Position numbers and translations under genes: made by a program. A stretch of 60,834 nt of DNA, the filler included, from Nitrospirota bacterium (GTDB lineage Bacteria > JACPQY01), in NCBI GenBank assembly GCA_016180645.1. It is 3 parts of 3 records of this genome, joined end to end, with 100 filler letters (N's around TTAATTAATTAA, not from the genome) between each part and the next. Parts side by side here need not be neighbours in the genome. Positions count along the whole stretch, not along the records: positions 1 to 19,525 come from JACPAV010000054.1; positions 19,626 to 45,435 come from JACPAV010000059.1; 1 more part is not named here. One strand, 5' to 3'. Under the pieces are notes generated by a model. That model made no database searches, was not told where the DNA came from, and saw nothing but the letters and a program-made list of their open reading frames with translations. Below, piece after piece: positions 9,970 through 20,298 of this stretch (the first letter of the stretch is position 1; each line of letters begins with the position of its first letter).

Positions 9970-12900
9970 TGAAAGCCATCAGGGGTCGGCTTCCTACCAG
10001 GAACTCTCGCATCCCGGTAGCCGCAGGCTTTATGCCTGCGCCCAAGACGCGGGCTAAAGCCCGCGCCTACCAGGGTGGAAGTAAACGGGCGAGGGGGAAA
10101 CGCATCGTCCTCACGTCTTTTCTCACAGGACTGATCCTCGCCGCCTGCGCCCTCCTCGGCCGCAACCGGCCCGCGCCGATGCCGTTCAGGGTGTGGCCGG
10201 GCCCGCCGGACTCTCCCCGGATTGAACTCGTGATGAGCTTCAGCTCGCCGGACGATCTCGGCTTTCCCCGCGGGTTCTGGAGCCGCGTAGCGCAGATCCT
10301 CTTCGGCTCCGGCCCCCCCAGAATGCTCCGGCCCTACGCCATCGCCGTCCGCGGCCAGACCGTTGCCATTACAGACACCAAGTTGGGCGCCGTCCACCTG
10401 TATCGTTTCGACAAGAAAGACTACCGCCAGATCGGGCGGGGCTCCGGAGGTCTCATCTCCCCGGTAGGCCTGGCCATCGACCGACAGGGACGCGTATGGG
10501 TCTCCGACTCCGTGCTGGCAGAGGTGCGCATTTACAGGCCGGACGGCAAGCTGGAGAAAAAAATCCATCCTTTCAATCGGCCGACCGGCCTCACCTATGA
10601 TGAGGAACACGGCGCCATCTGGGTGGCGGACGTTGCACGGCACAGCCTGGTGAAGCTGGACGAAAACGGAGAGTTCCTGGGGCAGGTTGGCGAACGCGGA
10701 GGACAGCCCGTTCCGGCCGAAACCTATTCCATATCCACGCGGTTTGAACTCCTGCCCGAATCCTCACCCCGGCCCTCCTCCTCCCAGGGAAAGGTAGCCC
10801 CGATCCCCAACGGTATGAAGGCGCAGAGTGAAGGCTTGCATTTCAACTTCCCCGCCCATCTTTCCTATCGGTCCGGCCGTCTCTTCGTAACGGACACACT
10901 CAACTTCCGGATCCAAGTGCTTGACACGGAGGGACACCCCGTCAGCCGGTTCGGCCGCCATGGCAACGGGTCCGGCGACTTCGCCATGCCCAAGGGCGTG
11001 GGCGTGGACAGCGAGGGCCATGTCTACGTGGTCGACTCCATGTTCGGAGCGTTCCAGATATTTGACGCGCAGGGGAACCTCCTTCTCGGCGTGGGGGCCA
11101 CCGGCCAGGCCCCCGGCGACTTCTGGCTGCCTTCCGGCTTGTTCGCGGACGAACAGGACCGCATTTGGGTTGCGGACAGTTTCAACCAGCGTGTGCAGGT
11201 CTTTCAGTACCTGCGCGAAGGCCGCGCGCCGAGAGGGCCCGTCTCGTCCCGCGCGCAATACGATTGGCTCTTCGGGATTCGCGAAGCCTTCGCCGTACCC
11301 AACATCTCCACCACCCTTCACAACCTCTCCACGTCGGGAACAAGCACGTTCAAAAGCGGGACGATCAACGAGGTCTGCGTGTTCTGCCACACGCCGCACA
11401 ACTCCCAACAGAAGCGCCCGCTGTGGAACCGGTCGGACCCGGGCGGACCCTATACGCTCTACTCCTCCTCGACTCTCAACGCCACTTTGGGCCAGCCGTC
11501 GGGCTCATCCAAGAATTGCTTCTCCTGCCACGACGGCACGATCGCACTGGGGTCCTTGACCAACTCGCCAACCGGCCAGGTGAACGACCTCACCGCAAGC
11601 TTCCTCAGCGGACGGGCCCTGCTGGGTACGGGCCTCACGGACGACCATCCCGTCTCGTTCACATACGACGCCGCGCTCGCCGCCGCCGATCCCGAACTCA
11701 AAGACCCCGCCACGCTCACCGGCGTCATCCTCGAAAACAACCAAGTTCAATGCGCCAGTTGCCACGAACCCCACGACAACACGAACGCCCCCTTCCTCCG
11801 CGTCTCCACCAATAACGGCGATCTCTGCACTCGCTGCCACGTGAAGGTGGATTGGAGCACGTCCAGCCATTCCACGTCCGCCGCCATCTGGAACGGTCTC
11901 GGCACCGACCCGTGGGCCGAACGGAAAGCGGCGTGGAGGCAGACGACGGTGTCCGGAAACTCGTGCATGAACTGTCACGATCCCCACAACGCGGCCAACC
12001 CGACGCGCCTCCTCAAGCAGGCGGGCGACGAGGAAAACACCTGCTACCCCTGCCACAACGCCAACGTGGCCGTGAAAAACGTCCAGGGCGATTTCGGAAA
12101 GACCTATCGGCACCCCGTCGCCACGTACTCGGGCGTACACAACCCCACCGAGGACCCTCTCACGATGGCCACCCACGTCGAATGCACGGACTGCCACAAC
12201 CCTCACGTCGTCAGCAATGCCTCCTCGTTCGCCGCCTCCCCCTACGGGGCCCCGCTCGGCGTCGGAAGCCGCCTCCAGAAAATCAAGGGCGTGGACACGA
12301 ACGGCGCCAACGTCAATCCCTCAACCTACCTCTATGAAGTCTGTTACAAGTGCCACGGACTCTCGAACGCCCACACGTCCAATTTTACGAACGTCGTTCG
12401 CCGGGATGCCACCTACAATCTCCGCCTGAAGTTCGACACGGCGAATCCCTCCTTTCATCCGGTCGAGGCCGTGGGGAAAAACGCCAATGTCCCGTCCCTC
12501 CTCGCCCCCTATACGACGGGTAGCATCATCTCCTGCATCGACTGCCACAACAGCGACGCCTCCCCGTGGGTCGGCGGCGCCGGAGCGAACGGCCCCCACG
12601 GCTCAACGTGGGGTCCCGGCTTATTCATCCAGAACTACAAGATGATCGACGACGTCTCAAATGTGTGGCCCGACTTCGACATGTGCCTCCGATGCCACAG
12701 CCAGGCCAGCCTCAACGCGGGTACCAGCACCCCCAAACACGGGCACATCCTGGGCTGCCAGAAGGCCCCCTGCATGAACTGCCACGATCCGCACGGCTCC
12801 ACCGTGTCCAATCACCTCATCAATTTCCTCAAGGTCGACCGGTTCGGAAATGTGGTCGTCCAGAAGGGCACCCTCGCCGGTTGCGACCCCTACCCAGAGC

Positions 12901-12983
12901 CCACATTCGTGGATTTGGGAACATACACGGGGCAATGCTACCTCAAATGCCACGGCACCAACCACTGCTCCAAATCGTACTGA
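9969..12983 (+). CDS. NHL-repeat / multiheme cytochrome fusion lipoprotein (11 CxxCH + 1 CxxxCH)
   Basis: Lipobox LAAC, NHL blades, OmcE-like 4-heme module, 8 further heme motifs in one open frame; start uncertain. Confidence 0.85.
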   Translation: MKAIRGRLPTRNSRIPVAAGFMPAPKTRAKARAYQGGSKRARGKRIVLTSFLTGLILAACALLGRNRPAPMPFRVWPGPPDSPRIELVMSFSSPDDLGFPRGFWSRVAQILFGSGPPRMLRPYAIAVRGQTVAITDTKLGAVHLYRFDKKDYRQIGRGSGGLISPVGLAIDRQGRVWVSDSVLAEVRIYRPDGKLEKKIHPFNRPTGLTYDEEHGAIWVADVARHSLVKLDENGEFLGQVGERGGQPVPAETYSISTRFELLPESSPRPSSSQGKVAPIPNGMKAQSEGLHFNFPAHLSYRSGRLFVTDTLNFRIQVLDTEGHPVSRFGRHGNGSGDFAMPKGVGVDSEGHVYVVDSMFGAFQIFDAQGNLLLGVGATGQAPGDFWLPSGLFADEQDRIWVADSFNQRVQVFQYLREGRAPRGPVSSRAQYDWLFGIREAFAVPNISTTLHNLSTSGTSTFKSGTINEVCVFCHTPHNSQQKRPLWNRSDPGGPYTLYSSSTLNATLGQPSGSSKNCFSCHDGTIALGSLTNSPTGQVNDLTASFLSGRALLGTGLTDDHPVSFTYDAALAAADPELKDPATLTGVILENNQVQCASCHEPHDNTNAPFLRVSTNNGDLCTRCHVKVDWSTSSHSTSAAIWNGLGTDPWAERKAAWRQTTVSGNSCMNCHDPHNAANPTRLLKQAGDEENTCYPCHNANVAVKNVQGDFGKTYRHPVATYSGVHNPTEDPLTMATHVECTDCHNPHVVSNASSFAASPYGAPLGVGSRLQKIKGVDTNGANVNPSTYLYEVCYKCHGLSNAHTSNFTNVVRRDATYNLRLKFDTANPSFHPVEAVGKNANVPSLLAPYTTGSIISCIDCHNSDASPWVGGAGANGPHGSTWGPGLFIQNYKMIDDVSNVWPDFDMCLRCHSQASLNAGTSTPKHGHILGCQKAPCMNCHDPHGSTVSNHLINFLKVDRFGNVVVQKGTLAGCDPYPEPTFVDLGTYTGQCYLKCHGTNHCSKSY
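10016..10070. repeat. GTAG-type REP pair inside coding sequence
   Basis: GTAGCCGCAGGCTTTATGCCTGCG and CGCGGGCTAAAGCCCGCGCCTAC; same family at 53510-53575. Confidence 0.7.
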
Positions 12984-13050
12984 GGATAGAGTAGGGGGTC
13001 AGAGCTTGACTATTGACTTCAGACCCATGACACATGACGGCTGAAGAGAG

Positions 13051-13308
13051 CTACGGCTTGAAGAACGCGAAGAGGATGGCTGTGAGAACGCCGACAATGG
13101 ACGCGAATTGCCCGATCCAGTAGATGAACATCCATCGGATCAGGCGTGCCTCAAGTTTGGCCAAGTCTTCTTTCATGGCAAACCGCTCAGACTCGCGGAC
13201 GAATCTGCCCTCCAGCGCCGGGTCAAACTTCTCCGCCGCGGACTTGGCCTTGGCATCATCGGCCCCCGCCGACCGGAGAGCCTCATATATTTCCAGCGCA
13301 ACCGCCAT
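13051..13308 (-). CDS. Small coiled-coil membrane-anchored protein (DUF1640/CCDC90-like)
   Basis: LEIYEALRSAG..AMKEDLAKLEARLIRWMF + C-terminal TM. Confidence 0.7.
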   Translation of the reverse strand: MAVALEIYEALRSAGADDAKAKSAAEKFDPALEGRFVRESERFAMKEDLAKLEARLIRWMFIYWIGQFASIVGVLTAILFAFFKP

Positions 13309-13381
13309 GATTCAGAATCCATTATACCCTCCGGCAAAGGTCCCGCAAGTCCACCCCATATGGGACCACGACGCGTAACCC

Positions 13382-14809
13382 ATGACTCCTAACGCATGGT
13401 TCGCCACTCTATTGCTCGCCGCGTCGGGGACCGACAAGACGTCGATGATCCAGGCCGGCTGCCCGCCGATCAGCGAGTCCCTCGTCGAGACGGTTCTGAC
13501 CGCAAAGGGCTCGTCACCTGAGGGAGTACAATCCGCGGCCCGACATGCCCTTGACTCGCTCGCACGGCACACCACCGACCAAGCCCGCGACCAATGCGCA
13601 AAATGGGGAAAACGGTTCAATCGCCATTCCGACGAACAAAAGCTGGCCGAGATCGAGCGCATCGTGGCGGGAGAAGGTGACGCGCCGTCCGAATGCCTGG
13701 CGGCGCTGCTCGCCGCGGACCTTCCCCCGCCCCTCGCGACTCTGGCCAGAGCCGCCGCCTCCTACAAAGGTGAACCAACGGCCATACTCTCGTTTCCCCA
13801 AGACATGGAGGACGACTCTTTCCGCGCCGCTCTCATCCACTTCATGAGCCGGGGGATGACGCCGTCCCCGGCCTTTGCGTGGGTGGCTCTCCGGTCGAAC
13901 GATACGGAAGTCCAGACCGCCCTCGCGCCCCTCCTGGTCCGAATCAACGAACCCTCCCTCATCGAGCCGCTCCTCGAATCCATGTCGGACCCGGACCTTC
14001 GTGTGGGGGCGCGCGAGGCTCTTATGCGCTGGGCGAAAGACCCGCGCTATACGGCCTCTCTTGTGCGTACTCTCGAACACCCCCAACACCGGAAATGGAC
14101 CCTCGAAATCCTCTGGCAAACACACGAAACCGCCGTCGCCCACGAACTGGAGAAGGCACTCACACACCCGTCGGCGGGTGTCCGCGCGGATGTCGCCGGC
14201 GTCCTCGGGAATGTAGGCGACCCGCACTCCATCCTACCCTTGGTCCATGCCCTGAAAGACGCCGATCCGCTCGTGCGTCGAAATGCGACGATCTCTCTCG
14301 GGAACCTCAAATACCTTCAAGCCGTGCCGTACATCGTGGAGGCCCTGAAAGACGCCGACCCCCGCGTCCGATTCGATGCGGCGTGGTCCCTGGCCCGCAT
14401 CTTGCGCGAGCGGGACGGCAAACCCGTCACGCCAGACCCAAACGTGGTGGAGGCCCTTCGCCAAGCATTGACCGATGACGACTCCGAAGTTCGCCGCGCT
14501 GGAGCCGGAGCCTTCATGCTCCTGAAAGTGCCCGCGGTCGTGCAGGATCTAAGGGCGCTCCTGAAGGATGCCGTCGCCGAAGTTCGCATAGATGCGGTGG
14601 TGGCCATTGCGGAAATCCACTCAGCGGAGGCTACGGAGGCCATGCTGAGCGCCCTCGGCAGCAAGGACGAGGGGCTGCGGCTGCGCACAGTCAAACTCCT
14701 CGCCTTCCGTCTTGACAAAACCGTACGGGCCAGGCTCGCGGCCCTCAGCCGGTCCGACCCCTCTCCCCTCGTCCGCCGGGCCGCGGCTGAGGCCATCCAA
14801 CAACCATGA
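13382..14809 (+). CDS. HEAT-repeat protein
   Basis: Repeated AL.D.DP.VR..AA.LG motifs. Confidence 0.85.
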   Translation: MTPNAWFATLLLAASGTDKTSMIQAGCPPISESLVETVLTAKGSSPEGVQSAARHALDSLARHTTDQARDQCAKWGKRFNRHSDEQKLAEIERIVAGEGDAPSECLAALLAADLPPPLATLARAAASYKGEPTAILSFPQDMEDDSFRAALIHFMSRGMTPSPAFAWVALRSNDTEVQTALAPLLVRINEPSLIEPLLESMSDPDLRVGAREALMRWAKDPRYTASLVRTLEHPQHRKWTLEILWQTHETAVAHELEKALTHPSAGVRADVAGVLGNVGDPHSILPLVHALKDADPLVRRNATISLGNLKYLQAVPYIVEALKDADPRVRFDAAWSLARILRERDGKPVTPDPNVVEALRQALTDDDSEVRRAGAGAFMLLKVPAVVQDLRALLKDAVAEVRIDAVVAIAEIHSAEATEAMLSALGSKDEGLRLRTVKLLAFRLDKTVRARLAALSRSDPSPLVRRAAAEAIQQP

Positions 14810-15642
14810 GGGGAAGACGCCGCATGCCTCGATCCAGGTCGCCGATCCGCCTTGCCTTGACGGGCGCCGCCTTGGGTCTTGGCGCACCCGCCGGCTGGCT
14901 TGCGCTCCGCTATCTCAGCAGGTCGTCGCAGGGTCACGGCGTAAACGGATGGCTGCTCCAAGAGATCGCGGATTCCAGCATGCTCTATGCCTACCTTGCC
15001 GTTTCCACTGTGACCGTTTTTGCCGTGTACGGCTGGCGCCTGGGCAGTATGGTCCAGAAACTGAAACGACAGACGCATGAGAAAATGAAGCTGCATCGGC
15101 TCTCGATCACGGACTCCTTGACCGGCCTCTACAATCGGGGATTTTTTGACCGGTGCGTTGAGGATGAACTGGCCCGCGCCCGAAGGCTCTACTACCCTCT
15201 ATCCCTGCTGCTCCTGGACATGGACGATCTGAAGGCCATCAATGACCGATACGGCCATCCGGTCGGAGACGAGGTCCTCGCCAAGATCGGTTTTGCCATC
15301 GACCAGGCGCTTCGTGAAACCGATCTCGCCTTCCGGTACGGCGGAGATGAATTCGTCGTCCTGCTGCCTAACTGCGATGAAGGAGACCTCGCGGAGGTCG
15401 AGCAACGTCTCCTCGCTTTGATCGATGAGCATGCTCAGCCGGCCGTTCCCCTTCCGAGGCGTGTCAGTGTCTCGGTCGGCCGCACCACCTTCCATCCCGG
15501 AAAAGATTCCTCCGGCACGGAGATGGTCAGACAAGCCGACCGGGAATTATACGGGCAGAAAAAAACGAAGAAGCCGGCGGTGCGCCTCGCATCACACACC
15601 GCCCGCACATCGGCTGCGGACTCCATGGGGGGCGCGCCATGA
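14806..15642 (+). CDS. Membrane-bound diguanylate cyclase
   Basis: Two TM, DSLTGLYNR, RETD I-site, GGDEF. Confidence 0.92.
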   Translation: MRGRRRMPRSRSPIRLALTGAALGLGAPAGWLALRYLSRSSQGHGVNGWLLQEIADSSMLYAYLAVSTVTVFAVYGWRLGSMVQKLKRQTHEKMKLHRLSITDSLTGLYNRGFFDRCVEDELARARRLYYPLSLLLLDMDDLKAINDRYGHPVGDEVLAKIGFAIDQALRETDLAFRYGGDEFVVLLPNCDEGDLAEVEQRLLALIDEHAQPAVPLPRRVSVSVGRTTFHPGKDSSGTEMVRQADRELYGQKKTKKPAVRLASHTARTSAADSMGGAP

Positions 15643-17183
15643 ACCAGAGCCGATGGCGAATTCTCGATCTGGTCGCCCTCTGGGGGCTCACGATTCTGGT
15701 GATTTTCGGGGGATACGAACTGGCCGAGCGCTTTTGGCTGGGTGCCCTGGAACCGGGCCTCATCCGCCGGTTGCACATCGCGCGTGGCATCGGCGCATCG
15801 GCGCTGACCGCCATCCTCGTCGGGATCTACCTGGCCCGGAGGCAGCCGCCCTCCATGATTCTGGGCGGTGGAGCCGCGTACCTCCCGAAGCCGGAGATCG
15901 AACTGGTCCGCGACCAAGCCGCGTGGTTCGTCCGGATGCGGTGGTTCGCAGCCGGTCTGGCCGCCCTGGGTTGCGTCATCGCCACCCGGCTGATCAGCCT
16001 CCTCCCTGCGGAGAATCTTGTGCCTCTGCTGACCTGCGTTCTGGGTCTCATGGCGGCCAACGCAATCTTCACGTTCCGGGTCTCCAGGACGGACAAACCA
16101 TACCGGCTCATCGTCATCCAGGCCGCGGTGGACCTGCTGATCCTCACCTATCTTCTGCACTTCTCCGGCGGAATTGAGAATCCCTTCTACCTCGTCTACC
16201 TCCCTCACGTTATCATCGCGGGGATCATTCTGTCCCGTCGCGATGCGTTCTTTGTCACCCTTCTCACCTGCCTCCTGTTCCTCAGCTTGGCTGTTCTGGA
16301 ATACACGGATGTGTGGCATCATTCGTTCATCGGACTTTCGCCCCACGGGAACGACCACGATGAGCACGGCGCCTCCAGACTGGTTTTCGTCGTCGGCGAA
16401 TCCATCCCCTTCCTGCTGGTCACGCTGTTCACGGCCTATTTCACCATCCTTCTCCGCGACCAGATTCATCGGGACCAGGCGAACGTTCTTCAAGCGAGCA
16501 AGTTGGCCACGATCGGCGAGCTGGCGGGCCGCTTAGCCCATGAAGTCAACAACCCCATCGGCATCATCAGCACCAACGCGAAGCTCCTCCTGGAAAACAA
16601 GTCACTGCCCAAGGACGCCGTGCCCCTTATCGAGAAAATCGATCGCCACAGCGAACGAATCGCCGCCCTTACACGGGGCTTGCTTTCCTTCAGCAGGCCT
16701 TCGCCGGGTCAACGGACCTCCGTGGATCTCAATCGAATCGTCCGCGATTCCCTCCGCCTCGTCGAACCGGAAGCCGCAGGGGCCGGAATTCGCATCGAGA
16801 AAAAATTGGCGGATCCGTTGCCTCCCATCCATGCCAACGGCAACGACCTCCAGCACGTGATTCTCAATCTGGCCAGCAACGCGGTGGCCGCGATGCCGAG
16901 AGGGGGAACGTTGCGACTCGAAACCGGGCATGACGGGAACGGATGGGTATCGTTGGCGCTTGCAGATACGGGGACCGGTATTCCTGCCCGCATCGTCGAC
17001 CATATCTTCGATCCCTTCTTCACGACGAAACCGGAGGACAAGGGCACGGGCCTGGGTCTTTCGATCGTGCAGGGAATCGTCCGAAGCCACGGCGGGATCA
17101 TCGACGTGTGGACGCGGGAAGGGAAAGGCACCACCTTCACCGTCCGGCTGCCTATCTTGAAGAATGAAAGGGGGAGCGCATGA
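15639..17183 (+). CDS. Multi-TM sensor histidine kinase
   Basis: About 8 TM, AHEVNNPI, DTGTGI, FDPFFTTK, GTGLGL. Confidence 0.92.
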   Translation: MNQSRWRILDLVALWGLTILVIFGGYELAERFWLGALEPGLIRRLHIARGIGASALTAILVGIYLARRQPPSMILGGGAAYLPKPEIELVRDQAAWFVRMRWFAAGLAALGCVIATRLISLLPAENLVPLLTCVLGLMAANAIFTFRVSRTDKPYRLIVIQAAVDLLILTYLLHFSGGIENPFYLVYLPHVIIAGIILSRRDAFFVTLLTCLLFLSLAVLEYTDVWHHSFIGLSPHGNDHDEHGASRLVFVVGESIPFLLVTLFTAYFTILLRDQIHRDQANVLQASKLATIGELAGRLAHEVNNPIGIISTNAKLLLENKSLPKDAVPLIEKIDRHSERIAALTRGLLSFSRPSPGQRTSVDLNRIVRDSLRLVEPEAAGAGIRIEKKLADPLPPIHANGNDLQHVILNLASNAVAAMPRGGTLRLETGHDGNGWVSLALADTGTGIPARIVDHIFDPFFTTKPEDKGTGLGLSIVQGIVRSHGGIIDVWTREGKGTTFTVRLPILKNERGSA

Positions 17184-18595
17184 AAAAGGCTTGCGTGCTC
17201 ATCGTGGATGATGAGCCGGACATGCTGGAGACCTGCGCAAACGTCCTCGGTTCCGAGAATCTTGACGTCCGCACCGAGCCGAGCGCTGCGGCCGCCGCCC
17301 GCCGGTTGGGTGACGAAAGATTCGACCTCCTGATCACCGACATCACCATGCCGGAAATGAACGGCATGGAGCTCCTCGAACGAGTTCGTTCCGCGTCTCC
17401 GGAAACCGTTGTCATCATGCTCACCGCGTTTCCCACCGTGGAAACCGCCGTCGATTCCGTCAAGCAGGGGGCCTTCGATTACATCACGAAGCCTTTCACC
17501 CCCGATCAACTTCGCGTGGCCGTCAGCCGGGCCCTCGCTCATAGACGCCTGAAAGAAGAGAACGTCCTTCTCAGCCGCGAAGTCGAACGGACCGCCCGTT
17601 TTGACGCTCTGATCGGCCGCAGCCCCAAGATGCGCGCCGTCTTCAAGCTCATCGAACAGGTCTCTTCCTCGGATTCAGACGTCTTGATCCTGGGCGAAAG
17701 CGGGACCGGCAAGGAGTTGATCGCCCGGAGCCTTCATACCCGAGGCCGGAGGAGGGAGAACCGGCTCGTGCCGGTGGATTGCGGAGCGATTCCGGACAAC
17801 CTTCTGGAAAACGAACTCTCGGGGCACGAAAGGGGAGCCTTCACGGGGGCGCAGACGTCCAGTCTGGGCCTGCTCGATCTCGCGCACCGGGGGACTCTTT
17901 TCCTGGACGAGATTTGCGAGCTGCCCGCTTCACTTCAGGCGAAACTGTTGCGCGTGCTCCAGGAAAGGCAGTTCCGAAGGGTTGGCGGGCGGGACCTTAT
18001 CGATGTGGACATCCAGGTTATTGCCGCCACCAATCGAGACATCGAAACGGAAGTTCGGGAGAAACGATTTCGGGAGGACCTTTTCTATCGGGTCAACGTC
18101 GTACGGATCGAGGTGCCTCCGCTTCGCGAGCGCGCGGAAGATGTTCCCCTGTTGGCCGCCCATTTTCTGGAACGATATGCGAAAAAGTGGGGGAATTCCG
18201 ACCGCCCCTCAGGAAGCCGCACCCTTCACGGGTGCGTCCGATCCATCGAGAAAGACGCCATGGAGGTGCTCTGCCGGTATTCGTGGCCGGGAAACGTGAG
18301 GGAACTCCAGAACGTGATCCAGCGGGCCATGGTGGTGTGCCGTTCGGATCAAATCGCCGTGGCCGACCTGCCCGCCGAGGTCTTCGAAAGCGGTACACCA
18401 TCGAGCACACCCGGCGGTTTCTTTGCCTTCCGAAATACCCGACTGGCCGCGTTCGAAGGCGACTATCTCCGCGAACTTCTCACGCGTCACACCGGCGATG
18501 TCGCGATGGCGGCGGAAGAAGCCCGCCTGCCGAGGGGAACCCTCTACCGGCTTCTCAAGAAACACGGCCTCAGGCCCGAGTCCTTCCGGAATTGA
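17180..18595 (+). CDS. Sigma-54-dependent response regulator
   Basis: Receiver, GESGTGK, GAFTGA, LFLDEI, HTH. Confidence 0.95.
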   Translation: MKKACVLIVDDEPDMLETCANVLGSENLDVRTEPSAAAAARRLGDERFDLLITDITMPEMNGMELLERVRSASPETVVIMLTAFPTVETAVDSVKQGAFDYITKPFTPDQLRVAVSRALAHRRLKEENVLLSREVERTARFDALIGRSPKMRAVFKLIEQVSSSDSDVLILGESGTGKELIARSLHTRGRRRENRLVPVDCGAIPDNLLENELSGHERGAFTGAQTSSLGLLDLAHRGTLFLDEICELPASLQAKLLRVLQERQFRRVGGRDLIDVDIQVIAATNRDIETEVREKRFREDLFYRVNVVRIEVPPLRERAEDVPLLAAHFLERYAKKWGNSDRPSGSRTLHGCVRSIEKDAMEVLCRYSWPGNVRELQNVIQRAMVVCRSDQIAVADLPAEVFESGTPSSTPGGFFAFRNTRLAAFEGDYLRELLTRHTGDVAMAAEEARLPRGTLYRLLKKHGLRPESFRN

Positions 18596-18668
18596 CCCGG
18601 AATGGCAAGTGCCCCGTTACGGGCCGTTCCTTTTCCGCATCGCAGGTGAGACCCTACAGGGACTCGCT

Positions 18669-18719
18669 CCCAGTGTGGCCACGCCGTTCACGTTGACGTT
18701 CTTCGGAATGGCCCCTAAA
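18669..18719 (+). repeat. Dispersed 51-bp repeat, copy 1
   Basis: Identical to 58333-58383. Confidence 0.9.
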
Positions 18720-18926
18720 CCCGAAGAGTCGGCTGTGAAGCGGCCAAGAGCAGTTGACCAAGGCAACCTGTCCGGCATGAACTTCGGACGGTGCGGTACT
18801 GATTCCCACCGGCAGGGTCGAGAGAGCTTTGCAAGCCCATGGTGTCGCGGCAAGTTATTCAATCTGCAAAAGCGACCCCATGCACCCCATGCACCACTCC
18901 TCGTGCATACGAATGCACGAATGCCC

Positions 18927-19427
18927 CTATTCGCACTGGTTCGGCAGGAGTTCGCAGACGGAATTCTCCCTTGGAAGCCCGTTTGGAAACTGGGTGGAAA
19001 GTTGATAATCGGCGACCAACTGACGCTGGCCAGACTGGAGATCGGTAGCGAAGATTCTCACGCCATCGCCTATCGTAATCCGCCCTCCTGTAGCAAGAAT
19101 CAATTGGACGTCTCCACCCGTAACCCACACCAATCTGCCCTCGTCCATGTCCTGTAAGGGCCACGGGGAGCATCTCAAGCCATTCCGATCATCATCTACA
19201 GTTATGCGAAGAAGGATTCCATTCTCGATCCTGATGGCGTAGATATCCCGAAGCTCCCTCATACAGTTCGCAGGCTCAATAAGGCTTTCGATTGGGCTAT
19301 AGGCCGGAAAAGCAACGTACTGGCCGTCCGTCAATACTGGAGGATCTGGAAGTGGAGTTGGAGTTAGAAGCCGGTGTGCTTCTAGGTCGAGCTTGTCATT
19401 GTCTGGTACGTATCCAACAGTAGACAC
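18927..19427 (-). CDS. Hypothetical protein (lower GC, near contig end)
   Basis: 166-aa ORF, no recognised motif. Confidence 0.35.
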   Translation of the reverse strand: MSTVGYVPDNDKLDLEAHRLLTPTPLPDPPVLTDGQYVAFPAYSPIESLIEPANCMRELRDIYAIRIENGILLRITVDDDRNGLRCSPWPLQDMDEGRLVWVTGGDVQLILATGGRITIGDGVRIFATDLQSGQRQLVADYQLSTQFPNGLPRENSVCELLPNQCE

Positions 19428-19525
19428 TAAATATAACCACTAATGTACTCTAACATATTGATCGCCCAGGCTTCTGATGGACTTGGGGTTCCTGTTCATG
19501 CGCCGCAGGCTGCGGCCGAGGACTA

Positions 19526-19625
19526 NNNNNNNNNNNNNNNNNNNNNNNNNNNNNNNNNNNNNNNNNNNNTTAATTAATTAANNNNNNNNNNNNNNNNNNN
19601 NNNNNNNNNNNNNNNNNNNNNNNNN
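19526..19625. other. Artificial contig linker
   Basis: N run containing TTAATTAATTAA (stops in all frames). Confidence 0.97.
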
Positions 19626-19658
19626 CTATGATTGCCAGAGGCCATGAAATGACCTCCC

Positions 19659-20294
19659 ATGGGACCGAAAACTGTAACCCATTTACCCCAGGGGGACCTG
19701 GGACATAAGCTCCGGGACAGAACATTGTACACGGGTCGCGAATTTGACCCTCAAACAGGGCTTCAGTATTTCCGAAGGCGCTACTATGATCCAAGTGCAG
19801 GGAGATTCTTGCAGAGAGACCCCATCTCGATAGCCAGTTGGCGCGTTCCCGTTCAATTCTCCTTGGAGGCGATGTTCGCAGGGAACCTGACATCACCACT
19901 GTTTCGTCTGCTTCGGGCGGGTCTGAACTCATACACGTACGTATTTAACAACCCGCTAAGTCTTACTGATCCATGGGGACTCTTGGGGGGCGAAGGAAAT
20001 AGACCTCCCGGCGGTGCTCAACCGACATCTGGCGATTTTCCTTGGCCGCAGGTACCACCATCCACTTCACGCGAGCCTCTACCCCCACCCGGGCCGCCGT
20101 CACCGGAAGCGGAGGATCCCAACATCCCGCACGATATGGGCATGCCAAGATTGTACTGTCCGGCCCTATGCTTACTGGCGGACATGTCCGCTTTCGCGGG
20201 CGGTAGGGCGGCGGCAGGAGGCGCAGGAGGAGCCGCAGCCGGCCTGATATGCACAGTTGTCTCTGAGTCATTGTGCGAACTGATGTGCCCCTAG
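19659..20294 (+). CDS. Orphan RHS core + C-terminal toxin-like domain
   Basis: YTGREFD..GLQYFRRRYYDP..GRFLQRDPI..YTYVFNNPL..TDPWGL. Confidence 0.85.
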   Translation: MGPKTVTHLPQGDLGHKLRDRTLYTGREFDPQTGLQYFRRRYYDPSAGRFLQRDPISIASWRVPVQFSLEAMFAGNLTSPLFRLLRAGLNSYTYVFNNPLSLTDPWGLLGGEGNRPPGGAQPTSGDFPWPQVPPSTSREPLPPPGPPSPEAEDPNIPHDMGMPRLYCPALCLLADMSAFAGGRAAAGGAGGAAAGLICTVVSESLCELMCP

Positions 20295-20298
20295 CGGC

